DNA from: an uncultured Methanomicrobiaceae archaeon
GTDB taxonomy: Archaea > Halobacteriota > Methanomicrobia > Methanomicrobiales > Methanoculleaceae
Reading direction: 5' to 3'
DNA: 64,000 nucleotides
Assembly (NCBI GenBank): GCA_963826525.1
Contig: CAWGXH010000004.1
Coordinates: 1,376,001 to 1,440,000, forward strand
Shown: one piece after another, positions 9,679 to 20,102 of the stretch
Position numbering within the stretch: the stretch's first letter is position 1
Layout: each line of letters opens with the position of its first letter
Made by a program: the position numbers and the translations under genes
Notes under the pieces: model-generated
Told to the model about the DNA's origin: nothing
What the model saw: only the letters and a program-made list of their open reading frames with translations
The model's database searches: none

Positions 9679-10106
9679 TGACAGAATACAGCGATACCGT
9701 CATGGACCATTTCATGAACCCCCGGAATATGGGGGAGATCGTGGATGCGGACGGCGTTGGCGAGGTCGGGAACCCGGCCTGCGGCGATATCATGAAGATC
9801 TCCATCCGGGTCGCCGACGACCGGATCATGGACGCGAAGTTCAAGACCTTCGGGTGCGGGGCGGCGATCGCCTCGAGTTCCATGGCTACGGAGATGATCG
9901 TCGGAAAGACGCTTAAAGAGGCCTGGGAGATCACGAACCGGGCGGTCACCGAGGCGCTCGAAGGTCTCCCGCCGCAGAAACTGCACTGCTCGGTGCTTGC
10001 GGAGGAGGGCATCCATGCAGCGATTAACGACTACCGCGTGCGTAGCGGCCTCGCTCTGTGGGAGGAGCGCCCTTCCCGCGCCCACCATTCGGGGGAACCG
10101 GAGTGA
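9675..10106 (+). CDS. iscU: Fe-S cluster scaffold protein
   Basis: [32 protein letters not shown]. Confidence 0.95.
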   Translation: MMTEYSDTVMDHFMNPRNMGEIVDADGVGEVGNPACGDIMKISIRVADDRIMDAKFKTFGCGAAIASSSMATEMIVGKTLKEAWEITNRAVTEALEGLPPQKLHCSVLAEEGIHAAINDYRVRSGLALWEERPSRAHHSGEPE

Positions 10107-10849
10107 CCGGCATTCTTGACGAGCGCGAGTTCTCGCGGTACGGCAGGCAGATCCTCCTCTTCGGCGAGGAGGGGCAGGAACGGCTGAAGGCAGCGAAAGT
10201 CTTCATAGCCGGTGCCGGCGGGCTTGGCTGCCCGGCCGCCCTCTACCTTGCCGCGGCGGGGATCGGTGAGATCCTGCTTGCGGACTGCGATGTCGTCGAC
10301 CGCACCAACTTAAACCGGCAGGTTCTCCACTGGGAGCGGGACGTCGGCCGCAGGAAGACCGACTCCGCTACGGAAAAACTCCGTGCACTGAATCCGGATA
10401 TCAGGGTGACGGATCTTCCGGTCACCATCGACGAGGCGAATGCGGCGGCGCTCGTCGGCGATGCCGACCTGATCGTCGACGCCATGGACAACTTCGAGAC
10501 CCGCTACCTCTTAAACCGGGTCGCCCTCCGGAAGGACATCCCATTCATCCACGGCGCCATTCGGGGGTTCGATGGTCAGGCGACAACCATTATCCCGGGA
10601 AAGACCGCGTGCCTCCGGTGCATCTTCCCGAGAGCCCCTCCGGCAGAGGTCTTCCCGGTCGTCGGCGTCACGGCCGGGATCATCGGGATGATCCAGGCGA
10701 ACGAGGCGATCAAGTTCCTCCTCGGGATGGACGGCCTGCTCGCCGGCAGGCTCCTCATCTGGAGCGGGGTTACAACAGAGACGGAAACTCTGCAGGTGGA
10801 GCGGCACCCGGGCTGCGAGGATTGCGGCGAGGGATGCATGATCGCGTAA
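10103..10849 (+). CDS. ThiF/MoeB/UbaA-family E1-like adenylyltransferase
   Basis: RYGRQI, GAGGLG, TNLNRQ, CLRC, C-terminal CEDC; GTG start overlaps the iscU stop. Confidence 0.9.
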   Translation: MTGILDEREFSRYGRQILLFGEEGQERLKAAKVFIAGAGGLGCPAALYLAAAGIGEILLADCDVVDRTNLNRQVLHWERDVGRRKTDSATEKLRALNPDIRVTDLPVTIDEANAAALVGDADLIVDAMDNFETRYLLNRVALRKDIPFIHGAIRGFDGQATTIIPGKTACLRCIFPRAPPAEVFPVVGVTAGIIGMIQANEAIKFLLGMDGLLAGRLLIWSGVTTETETLQVERHPGCEDCGEGCMIA

Positions 10850-10881
10850 AGGTGCGTCTCCGGGCATTCGCCCGGTTCCGG
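10834..10881 (+). pseudogene. 5' remnant of a MoaD/SAMP1-like gene
   Basis: MHDRVKVRLRAFARFR resembles a MoaD N-terminus and overlaps the E1 gene end; the sequence then diverges and has no C-terminal GG. Confidence 0.45.
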
Positions 10882-11235
10882 TTCCCGCCGCCCATCCCCC
10901 TTCTTGAGCCTTCCGTTCTGCCCTTCCGCATGACCGTGATTTTCCACTTGTTTCGGTGCCCCTAAGTGGTAAGCGCCGGGAAAACAGAGTCTCAACCCTG
11001 ATCCCGCATCGTATCCCCGAGGAGGCGAGAAGACGGGTGACGGAGCGAGCGGGCAGTTTGCCGGAGAGGCAGGCCACCGGATTCTTTTGGGCATCCGTAT
11101 GCTGCCCGTGTCCCGCATCATCTCTGCCCGATGAATCGCACGGAAGTGGGTCAGGCACGGGAACATTTATGTGAGCGGGAGCGTGTAGGAGACCTGCAGT
11201 CGAGGCTGCATGACGATGGAACAGGAGTTGTGGAT

Positions 11236-11958
11236 ATGGTAGAGAATGAATCACCGGGCGGGCTCCGGAGTGATATTGATACGGTGATATCCGAGATGCA
11301 CAGGCGGCTCCACGAGATGGTTGCGGGGGCCGGAAGAGCCGGGCAGCAGATGATGCCCGCGATCCGCGGAGAGATGCCGGTCGATCTCCGGGAGCTCGAG
11401 GATGAAGTTGTGGTCGTCGCCGATCTCCCGGGGCTGAAGAGTAGTGATGTCACGGTACGGCTCCTCAGCCCGGGAACACTGCGGATCACCGCTCGGCGCG
11501 AAGGGGCGGCAGAGGAAGCACGGGAAGGCTACGTTATCAGGGAGAGGATGTTCGGTGAGCTGAGCAGGACCGTGAACCTTCATGCAGACGTCACGGACGA
11601 AGGTGCATCAGCCACCTTCAAGAACGGTGTGCTGGCGGTGCGGCTGAAGAAGATTCCCGAGGCGCAGGGGATCGAGATCGCGGTCAGTGAAGAAGGAGAG
11701 CAGGCCGGCACTGCACAGGCCCGGTCCGCCGAAGAGGCTGCAGCAGAGCACCGGGAGATGGTCGAGGAGCAGTACAGGGAAGACCGGGAGAAGGTAGAGC
11801 CGTCCGGCTACATGAGTTCCGAGGAGCTCGAGCGGGAAGCGAAGCAGATCGAACTCGAAGAGAAAGGGAGCCCCGAAGAGGTTGCGAAGGCAGCCGAACT
11901 CCGAAAACAGAAAGAACAGGAGTACGAGGAAGCGAAGAAGAAGCTCGGCGGTCAGTAG
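11236..11958 (+). CDS. Hsp20/alpha-crystallin small heat shock protein with charged C-terminal extension
   Basis: PVDLRE..VVVVADLPG, RER.FGELSRTV, ATFKNGVL.V.LKK, IEI motif. Confidence 0.85.
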   Translation: MVENESPGGLRSDIDTVISEMHRRLHEMVAGAGRAGQQMMPAIRGEMPVDLRELEDEVVVVADLPGLKSSDVTVRLLSPGTLRITARREGAAEEAREGYVIRERMFGELSRTVNLHADVTDEGASATFKNGVLAVRLKKIPEAQGIEIAVSEEGEQAGTAQARSAEEAAAEHREMVEEQYREDREKVEPSGYMSSEELEREAKQIELEEKGSPEEVAKAAELRKQKEQEYEEAKKKLGGQ

Positions 11959-12182
11959 GTGCCCGCAGGCTTATCGACGGTGCGGCCGGGAACCTGCGTG
12001 AATGACCGGGCGGACGCTTCCGTCTCTCCCTTCTTCGCTGAAGAGACGGAATCTACTCATCTCCCGGATTTTCCGTGCAGACCGATCCCGACCGACCGTG
12101 TGGTAAGGCCGTAGGAGCGAGACTTCGAAAAAGATCGTCGTTAACGCTGGATATAACTATTCGGTGCGCCGTATAGCAGAGC

Positions 12183-13470
12183 ATGAACCGAACCATGATC
12201 GGCATGCTGGTCCTGGCATCCTTCATCGCACTCGGCAGTATCGCTGCAGGGTGCACCGAACTGCCGGGAGCGACGCCGGTAGAGCCTGCCCCTCCCGTAG
12301 GGCAGGAGACGGTGGCGGATGCCGTCGGCAGCGTCGCCGCGGGAAACAACGAGTTCGCCTGTAATCTCTACCGGTCCCTCGCGAACGATTCGGCATCGGA
12401 CAATCTCTTCTTCTCACCCTTCAGCATCTCATCGGCCCTTGCGATCACCTACGAGGGCGCCCGCGGCACGACCGCCGACGAGATACGGGTCCGTTCTGCA
12501 CGTCCCGGAGAACGATACCCTCCGGCGAGAGGGGTTTGCCGGGATCAATGCCGGCCTGAACAGCGGCGATGCCAACTACACCCTGCGGACGGCGAACGCA
12601 CTCTGGGCGGAGGAGACGTATCCGTTCCTGCCGGAGTACATTGAGACGGCGGAGCGCTACTACGCCGCGAACGCGACGAACCTCGACTTTATCACCAGCC
12701 CCGACGAGTCCCGCGAGACGATCAACCGGTGGGTCGAGGCGCAGACCGAGGATAAAATCCGGGATCTGCTGCCGGTAGGCTCGATCACCCCACTGACCAG
12801 GCTCGTTATCACGAACGCGATCTACTTCAAGGGAACGTGGACGCTGCAGTTCGACGAGAACGAGACAGAGGACGCCGGCTTCCATGTTTCAGAAAACGAG
12901 ACTGTCCGCGTCCCGATGATGCAGCGGACCGGCGAGGATGCCGTCTACCCGTATACGGAAACCGATACGCTTCAGGTGCTTGCAATGCCGTATGCGAACG
13001 AGAACGGACGAGAACTCTCGATGTTTGTCATGCTCCCGAAGGACGGGAACCTGACGGCTGCCGAGAAGGCGCTCGATCCGGAGAACCTCTTGGAACTGCG
13101 CCGGTCGCTCGAATCGCAGCGTGTCGATGTCTATTTCCCGAAGTTCACGCTCGAGACGGAGTACAGCCTCCCGGGAACGCTCGCGGCGATGGGGATGCCG
13201 ACGGCGTTCACCGGTGCGGCCGATTTCTCGGGGATGGACGGCACGAATAACCTGTTCGTCAGCGAGGTTGTCCATAAGGCGTTCGTCGACGTGAACGAGG
13301 AGGGCACCGAGGCCGCAGCGGCGACCGGGGTCGTCGTAGGAGGGACCGCCGTCCGGGAAGATGAGACGCCCGTATTCAGGGCGGATCATCCGTTCGTCTT
13401 CCTGATCCAGGAGGAGGAGACCGGCACGATTCTCTTCATGGGGCGGGTTGTCCGGCCGGAGGCGGCCTGA
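12183..13470 (+). CDS. Lipoprotein serpin (frameshift near 12488)
   Basis: Lipobox IAAGC, NLFFSPFSI, NAIYFKGTW, VNEEGTEAAAAT hinge, FRADHPF; one extra G joins the two ORFs. Confidence 0.9.
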
Positions 13471-13904
13471 CCTCCCTCCCTTCGGGATATCCTCCGCGGT
13501 GGCGAGGTACTCTTTCGGGAACGCGAGGTCTTCGAGTTCGCCTTCGTCCCGGATCGGTTCCACGGTCTGGCGGCCTCCCCGCTGGAGCATAGGCGTGTAT
13601 CTGTGTTCTGCCGCATGCCGCACCTGAATGACCATCTCCGCTGGGCGGGGCGCAATCGTGGTACTGCTGTTCGAGCGGCGTTGGATCGGCTTCCGGCACG
13701 ATCCAAACAGATGGCAGCAAGGGGACAGCCTGCTGCAAAGCGAACGGCTATCAGGCCGGCAGACGTCGTCGGTGATGCGGGGAAAGGGGCAGTACCCCTG
13801 CTACGCCCACCAAAGAGGGCGAAGAAGCAGGGGGCGGCCAAACCGCTGAATGTCTTCTCCAGAGCCGCTTGCGGGTGCAAAAAAGGTATACGGCTGCAGT
13901 GATC

Positions 13905-14433
13905 TTACCCCCGCCACCGCGGGAGCGTCGCGAGGTACTGCGCCACCATGCCCTCCGCCTTCCCGACCGGCATGCCGAGCTGTGCCGCCATCATCGGGGC
14001 GTACTTCCGGACCGCCTCCTCTCTCGTGAGATCGGGCTCGGTGAACGTCCCGTCCTTGTAGCAGTGGATGCAGTACGTCGTGCTCCGTGACCCGTCCGCC
14101 TCCGTCCCGGCGTCCTCATCCCGTGCAAGGGGCATGCCGCAGCTCTCGCAGGATGCAACCTCCCGCCCTGCCCACCGCTTCAGGCAGGTGAGTCTGCTCT
14201 CTGCAGAAGTTCTTCGCGTTTTCGACGGGGATCTCGAAGAGCTGTGCGAGGATAGCGCCGCCTTTCTCCGCCATTTCATCGATGGTGATACCGGGGTCGG
14301 TGAAGGCACCGTTCCGGTAGCAGTGCGTGCAGTAGTCCTTCGACAGTGCGCCGTCCGCCTCCGTACCGAAATCGCCCTCTTTCCGCATCGGCATTCCGCA
14401 GCTCTGGCATGCTTTCATAGATAGTTCGTCCAT
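13905..14433 (-). CDS. Tandem zinc-ribbon domain protein (frameshift near 14192)
   Basis: Two repeats C(Q/E)SCGMP...GTEADG...YCxHCY..G.FT...L.RW; 529 nt = 528+1. Confidence 0.8.
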
Positions 14434-14784
14434 ACCGTCTCCTCCTGTTGATCGGTCACTTGTGCAGCACTGAAATGCTCTCAATCAAAGAATGGAGCAG
14501 ACTACCGATAAAGATTCTGCAACGGCTCCGGAGAAGACGCGGTCGCGCTCGGGCTCTGTCGGGCGATCCGACTCTCCGGGTGGTGCCGGGGTCACGCACC
14601 GTCGGGCGGCCGACCTGTATTCGGGGGTTCCCGGGATCGGGAGAGATGCAGGAAAAGACCGGCACCACCCGTCCGCTGCCACGCCGCCACCTCCGGAGAG
14701 ATCGTTCCTTTCTCGTTGTTCCCTTTTGAGTGCAGACTGCCCGGTTCTATGACTTTAAATCGGCAGAGTACCAATATCTCCGGA

Positions 14785-15573
14785 ATGGAGTTGACCATCC
14801 TCGCCAGCGGAAGCAAAGGAAACTCTGCCTATCTGAACGGCGAGAGCGGTGCGCTGCTCATAGACGCCGGGCTGAGTGCGCGCGAACTCGTTCGCCGGCT
14901 CGCCCGCGCCGGCGGGGATGAACAGCGAATCGAAGCGATTCTCATCACCCACGAGCATTCGGATCACCTGCGCGGCGCCGATGTCCTCGCCCGGAGGCTC
15001 GGCGTTCCCATCATCGCCACGGAAGGAACGCTTGCGGCGTTTTTCAATAAATTCGGAGACCGGGGATGCGTCAAGGCGGAGCGGTGCGTCACCGGAGAGT
15101 CTCTCTGTCTTGGTGACTTCACCATAGAACCGTTTGCAACATCCCACGACGCCCGGGAACCCTGCGGGTTCTGTATCGGCGAGCGGGATCTCCGGATCGG
15201 CTGCTGCACCGATACCGGCGTCGTCACCGACGGGATGATGGAGCGGCTCGCCGCCTGCGACGCGGTTCTCCTCGAGAGCAATCACTGCCCCGAGATGCTC
15301 GAAAACGGCCCCTATCCTGTATACCTGAAGCAACGGATCCGGTCGAAACGCGGCCACCTCTCGAATACCGCGGCATCCCTCTGCTTGCAGACGCTGGCCG
15401 GCCGGGTGGACTCGGTTCTCCTTGCGCACCTCTCCGAAGTGAACAATACCCATGAAAAAGCGCTGACGACCGCTCTTTGCGGTCTCGGCCTCTACGCCGA
15501 CCGGATGCAGATCTCCGTCGCCCCCCAGCACCCGGGGGAGGATCATCCCGCCGGCTGCGGTTTCCGCCTGTAA
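14785..15573 (+). CDS. MBL-fold metallo-hydrolase (YycJ/WalJ-like)
   Basis: LASGSKGNS, THEHSDH, SHDA, LESNH, GHLSN, LAHLSE. Confidence 0.9.
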   Translation: MELTILASGSKGNSAYLNGESGALLIDAGLSARELVRRLARAGGDEQRIEAILITHEHSDHLRGADVLARRLGVPIIATEGTLAAFFNKFGDRGCVKAERCVTGESLCLGDFTIEPFATSHDAREPCGFCIGERDLRIGCCTDTGVVTDGMMERLAACDAVLLESNHCPEMLENGPYPVYLKQRIRSKRGHLSNTAASLCLQTLAGRVDSVLLAHLSEVNNTHEKALTTALCGLGLYADRMQISVAPQHPGEDHPAGCGFRL

Positions 15574-15584
15574 GACGGTCTTTT

Positions 15585-16961
15585 CTACTCGTTCTCCCGG
15601 TCGTGCGGCGCATCAAGGCTGATACTGTCGAGTTCGGCAAACATATCGTCCCCGAACTCTGCGGGATCTCCCGGATGTGCGAGCGACTCCTCAGCAGCCC
15701 GCCGCTCGGTGATCTCGATATCGTGAAGCAGGCGCCGGAGCTGCTGGTTCGCCTCGTCGAGCTCGAGCGTGCGCTCTTCCACCAGGTCCTCGAGGCGCTC
15801 CCGGTACCGCCGGAGTTCTTCCTCGGCGCATCTCCGCTCGGTGATGTCGCGGAGGATCACCATCAGCTGCCGCTCCCGGAGCGGCACGATCCGCGCCTCG
15901 AAACACCGCCGCCCCTCGGGGAGGTGGAGCGAGAACTCCTGCGACGTTGTCGTCTCTCCCTCGAGTGCCCGTGCAATGGCTTCGAGGAAGGCCTGTCCGT
16001 CCTTCTGTGGGAGAATCTCCCGGAGCTTCCTGCCGAGCAGTGCCTGCGGGGAGAACGAGAGATCCGCCTTTTTTCCCGCCCTGAACTCGAGAATGGTGCT
16101 GTCGAAGTTCACCCGCACGTACAGGTCGGGGAACGCATCGATCACCGCCTCGAGCTCGCCCGTCGCCTGTTTGAGCTGCTCCTCGACGGCGCTGCGTTCG
16201 GTGACATCGAGCATGGCAAGGAGGGTTGCGCCGTCGTCGAGGCCCGTCGACCGGATCTCAACCTCTCTGACCCTGCCGTCTCCGCAGACGACACTAAACA
16301 CACCGGGTCTTCTGTTCCTGATGATCTGCTCGTTCCAGGTATCGAGCACCTTTGCCCTGTACATCGGATTCGGGTGCACCCGTGTAAACCAGGTCGCAAG
16401 ATCCGGAATATCCTCTGCTGAGTAGATCGTAATCGCGGTGAACGTGCGGTTTGCATAGGCACTTCTGCCGTCCGCATCGAGAAGGAGGATGCCGTAGGGA
16501 GCGCTCTCGAGGACACCGATGAGGGTGCTCTTATCGATCCTGGGCGACTTCTGCGCATTCCGCTGCCCGATCCTGCGGTAGGTATCGATCCGCTCGCCGC
16601 ATGCAGGACCGTCCCTGACGACGACACTCGTGTATTCGACCTCGCAGAGGGCACCCGTATCGTCGGTGAGCCTGAACGTCGCCGTCGGAACATCAAGGTC
16701 GAATCGGATCGCCTCTGCAATGGTATCCCGGTGCACCGCCTCGTATGCAAGATGCGGGGCGACATAGCGGCCGAAGAACTCGCCGGCCTGCATCCCGAGG
16801 ACGCTCTCACGACGGATACCGAGCAACGCCTCCGCTGAACGGTTCAGATACCTGATCGTCCGTTCACCGTCGGTGTGGACGATTGCGTAGGGCAGTTCGT
16901 CGATGAGATGCGGTGTCGCGTTCAATACTGAACTGTTGCGTCTTTCCCTAGATATAGGCAT
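15585..16961 (-). CDS. Multi-PAS sensor protein without recognisable output domain
   Basis: Three PAS/PAC-like repeats (YLNRSAE.LLG, YANRTF, LDVTER, RDITER) followed by coiled coil LEDLVEERT. Confidence 0.75.
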   Translation of the reverse strand: MPISRERRNSSVLNATPHLIDELPYAIVHTDGERTIRYLNRSAEALLGIRRESVLGMQAGEFFGRYVAPHLAYEAVHRDTIAEAIRFDLDVPTATFRLTDDTGALCEVEYTSVVVRDGPACGERIDTYRRIGQRNAQKSPRIDKSTLIGVLESAPYGILLLDADGRSAYANRTFTAITIYSAEDIPDLATWFTRVHPNPMYRAKVLDTWNEQIIRNRRPGVFSVVCGDGRVREVEIRSTGLDDGATLLAMLDVTERSAVEEQLKQATGELEAVIDAFPDLYVRVNFDSTILEFRAGKKADLSFSPQALLGRKLREILPQKDGQAFLEAIARALEGETTTSQEFSLHLPEGRRCFEARIVPLRERQLMVILRDITERRCAEEELRRYRERLEDLVEERTLELDEANQQLRRLLHDIEITERRAAEESLAHPGDPAEFGDDMFAELDSISLDAPHDRENE

Positions 16962-17130
16962 CGCTCTGCTATCCCGTGTTATCTTGCATTTGGGGGACTT
17001 CTGGAGAACGAGCGGTCTATTTTCAAAAAACAGGGCTCCCCGGGGTTTTCTCTGGTGAACGGATGAAAAGCGCCTGAGCTCCCCCGGAGCAGCCTTCACG
17101 CTATGCAGATTACGGACAGAGGGTATCTCT

Positions 17131-18321
17131 TCAGTCCTGCCTGATACCGAGCGCCTGCAGGCAGAACTGATCGACGGCGGTAATGAGGGTGGCCTTCGCC
17201 CGTTTTGCCCGCTCAGTATCATCCTGGTGTGCGTCGCGGAAGATATACTCAAGCGCGGTCGTGAAGTGGTTTCTCTTTCCAAACGCCTTCTTCGCCTCCT
17301 GAAAACAGAGGTATGCTTCGTTCTGCCTGCTGCACATCAGCTCGAACGCAATATCGAGCAGCAGGAGCAGGTGGGTGGGGAACTCTTTGAGGAGTGCTAA
17401 CTTTCGGAAACTGTAGTAAGACGACGGCTGCGCCCCGAAGACGGCGAGTTTCAGCCCGAAATAGATCGGTTCGTGATCGTCCGGGTACTGCTGCATCATC
17501 TGCTTGACGATGGCTGCGGCCGCGTTTCCGTTTCGCTGCTCGATCTGAAGCGTATATGCCTCCGCTAGGAAGTACTTGTCGTCTTGGAACCGTTCGGTGG
17601 CGAGCGTGACGAGGCGTTGCCTCCGCGGGGTATCCTCGTCAAGCCTGGCCTTCCGGATACCGAGACGGAGAAATCCCGGCTCGCTCGGAAACCATTCGAC
17701 CGCCCGGTCCTGCATAAACCAGAAGATCCGGTCGATCTGTGAATCTTTCTGGTTGAAGAGCATGAGGCGGTTTTGCGGGGGATTTGCCTTGATGAGCGTG
17801 ATCATCTCCTCGCGGGCGTGCAGTTCCATATTCCCCGGGCGAAACGGGGTCAGCGGCTGTGCGCCCGGCTTCTGCTGCTGACCGAGCCGGTAGAAGCAGT
17901 AGGCAACGGCAGTGTTGATGCGGGCGTCGGCGTTCCGGTGTTTTATCAGGTAATCGAGTGCCTGGCTGAAGTTCCCGCTGTTCATCAGCTTCAGTCCGGC
18001 GATGACGTCGAGGGTTGCCCTGCCCTTCCGCCGTCGTTTGTTGCCCATCGCGTGGCGGAGCACCTTTTCGAGAAAGTCCACGTCCGGCTGGTGCCGGGTG
18101 GTGTTGAGGAGTTTTAAGGTGACGGAGTCGATGAACTCGTCGTACTCCCTGTCGGGCAGCGACGGGAACGATCTGTCGAGGGATGCGGCGACGTGGCCGA
18201 AGAATATCGGAAGATTAACCTCGATCGTATCGATGTTCTTCTCGACATACTCGTACATGGAAGCCTCCAGCTGGTCGAGTCTCCGGCCCTGGACGGCGTC
18301 GGGTTGCCACGGCTCCTCCAT
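17131..18321 (-). CDS. Hypothetical alpha-helical (TPR-like) protein
   Basis: 396-aa ORF with protein-like helical composition. Confidence 0.65.
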   Translation of the reverse strand: MEEPWQPDAVQGRRLDQLEASMYEYVEKNIDTIEVNLPIFFGHVAASLDRSFPSLPDREYDEFIDSVTLKLLNTTRHQPDVDFLEKVLRHAMGNKRRRKGRATLDVIAGLKLMNSGNFSQALDYLIKHRNADARINTAVAYCFYRLGQQQKPGAQPLTPFRPGNMELHAREEMITLIKANPPQNRLMLFNQKDSQIDRIFWFMQDRAVEWFPSEPGFLRLGIRKARLDEDTPRRQRLVTLATERFQDDKYFLAEAYTLQIEQRNGNAAAAIVKQMMQQYPDDHEPIYFGLKLAVFGAQPSSYYSFRKLALLKEFPTHLLLLLDIAFELMCSRQNEAYLCFQEAKKAFGKRNHFTTALEYIFRDAHQDDTERAKRAKATLITAVDQFCLQALGIRQD

Positions 18322-18449
18322 ACTATCTAAATGGTTGGGCGATGAAGGGATATTTGTTATTATTCACATGCCCGCCGTGGTCGAGCGCCGTTCCCTGAAA
18401 CACAAGGTTATTATCCCCCCCGAAACCTTGATTGATCTGAGATCCGTTT

Positions 18450-20102
18450 ATGCGATTTATGGAGTTTTCTCAATATTGCGAGCAGCTTGAGGGTATATCC
18501 GGCCGCCTTGAGATGATCGACATCGTGAGCGGAATTCTTCCTTCACTCACCGATGAGGAGCTCCCGATATTCGTTCGCTTCATCATGGGGCGGGTCTTCG
18601 CCGACTGGAGCCCGCTGAAACTCGGGGTCGGCCCGAATCTCCTCTACGAGGCCGTGGCCTACGTCGCCGGGACGAAGAAGGAGGCCGTGCGGGAGACGAT
18701 CAATATGCTCGGGGATGCCGGTCTCGCCGTCGAGCAGCTCCTCGCCACCAAAGAGCAGACGGCGTTCTTCATCGAAGAACTCGATCTGATCGAGGTCTAC
18801 CGCGACCTCGAGCGGATGGCGATCGCCGAGGGGCACGGTTCGCAGCGGGAGAAGACCCGGGTGGCGGGAAGACTCTTCGCGAACGCCCGCCCGCTCGAAG
18901 GGCGGTATCTCGCCCGCCTGATGCTGGAGGAGCTCCGGATCGGTATGGGTGAGGGGAACGTCCGCGACGCGATCGCGAAGGCCTTCACAGTCGACGTTGC
19001 CCTCGTCGAGCATGCCCACCAGGCGATCAACGATCTCGGTGAGGTAGCGCTTCTTGCCCGCCGGGGGTCTGATGCCCTGCAGGAGGTGAAGATCGAGCTC
19101 TTCCGCCCCGTGAAGATGATGCTCGCCCAGCAGGGAACGATTGCCGAGCGGATCGAGGAGTACGGGGACGTGGCGGTTGAGTACAAATACGACGGGAGCA
19201 GGTTCCAGTTCCACAAACAGGGCGACACCTGCCGGATCTACTCCCGGAGGCTCGAGGATGTGACGGTCGGGCTCCCCGATATCGCCCGGCTTCTTATGGC
19301 CGCTACGGACCGTGACGTGATCCTCGACGGCGAGGCGATCGCGATAAAGGACGGCCGGCCGATGCCGTTCCAGTACGTCATCAGGCGGTTCCGGCGAAAG
19401 CACAGAATCGATGCGATGATGGAAGAGATCATGCTTGTCCCGCGGGTCTTTGATATTCTCTACCTTGATGGCGAGACGCTGATCGATCTCCCCCTATCTG
19501 AGCGGCGCACAAAACTCGAGGAGGCGCTCTCCGAGCACGTCGCCCCGCAGGTTCGGACGGCTGACGTCACCGCAGCGGAAGAGATCTACGCCGCGGCGCT
19601 CGATCTGGGCCACGAGGGCGTGATGGTCAAAGTGCTCGCATCACGCTACCTGCCCGGGATCCGGGGGCGGCAGTGGGTGAAGGTGAAACCCGGCGTCGAT
19701 ACAATAGATCTCGTCGTCGTCGGTGCTGAGTGGGGCGAAGGGCGCCGTACCGGGGTCTTCGGATCGTTCCTCCTCGCCTGCCTGGATGAGGGGAAGTTCC
19801 TCACCGTCGGGAAGGTGGCGACGGGTATTTCGGACGAGATGCTTGCCGAACTCTATGCGCTCCTGAAGGATCGTGTCATCGCTCAGTCGGGAAAAGAGGT
19901 GACCCTCGAGCCTGAGTTCGTCTTTGAGGTCGGGTACTCGGAGATCCAGACGAGCCCGAACTACAGCAGCGGATACGCCCTCCGGTTCCCGCGGTTCGTC
20001 CGGCTCCGCGAGGATAAGGCCGCGGACGATGTCGAGACGCTCGATGCTGTCCGGGAACGCTACCGGCAGCAGAAGAACGGGGGCGGAGCCCCCTCTTCTT
20101 AG
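18450..20102 (+). CDS. lig: ATP-dependent DNA ligase
   Basis: EYKYDG adenylation motif, [36 protein letters not shown]. Confidence 0.95.
   Translation: MRFMEFSQYCEQLEGISGRLEMIDIVSGILPSLTDEELPIFVRFIMGRVFADWSPLKLGVGPNLLYEAVAYVAGTKKEAVRETINMLGDAGLAVEQLLATKEQTAFFIEELDLIEVYRDLERMAIAEGHGSQREKTRVAGRLFANARPLEGRYLARLMLEELRIGMGEGNVRDAIAKAFTVDVALVEHAHQAINDLGEVALLARRGSDALQEVKIELFRPVKMMLAQQGTIAERIEEYGDVAVEYKYDGSRFQFHKQGDTCRIYSRRLEDVTVGLPDIARLLMAATDRDVILDGEAIAIKDGRPMPFQYVIRRFRRKHRIDAMMEEIMLVPRVFDILYLDGETLIDLPLSERRTKLEEALSEHVAPQVRTADVTAAEEIYAAALDLGHEGVMVKVLASRYLPGIRGRQWVKVKPGVDTIDLVVVGAEWGEGRRTGVFGSFLLACLDEGKFLTVGKVATGISDEMLAELYALLKDRVIAQSGKEVTLEPEFVFEVGYSEIQTSPNYSSGYALRFPRFVRLREDKAADDVETLDAVRERYRQQKNGGGAPSS

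Noticed and set aside
13475-13900. Possible degraded gene between the serpin and zinc-ribbon genes
   Set aside because: Only a short protein-like stretch (EGELEDLAFPKEYLATAEDIP); no family can be assigned
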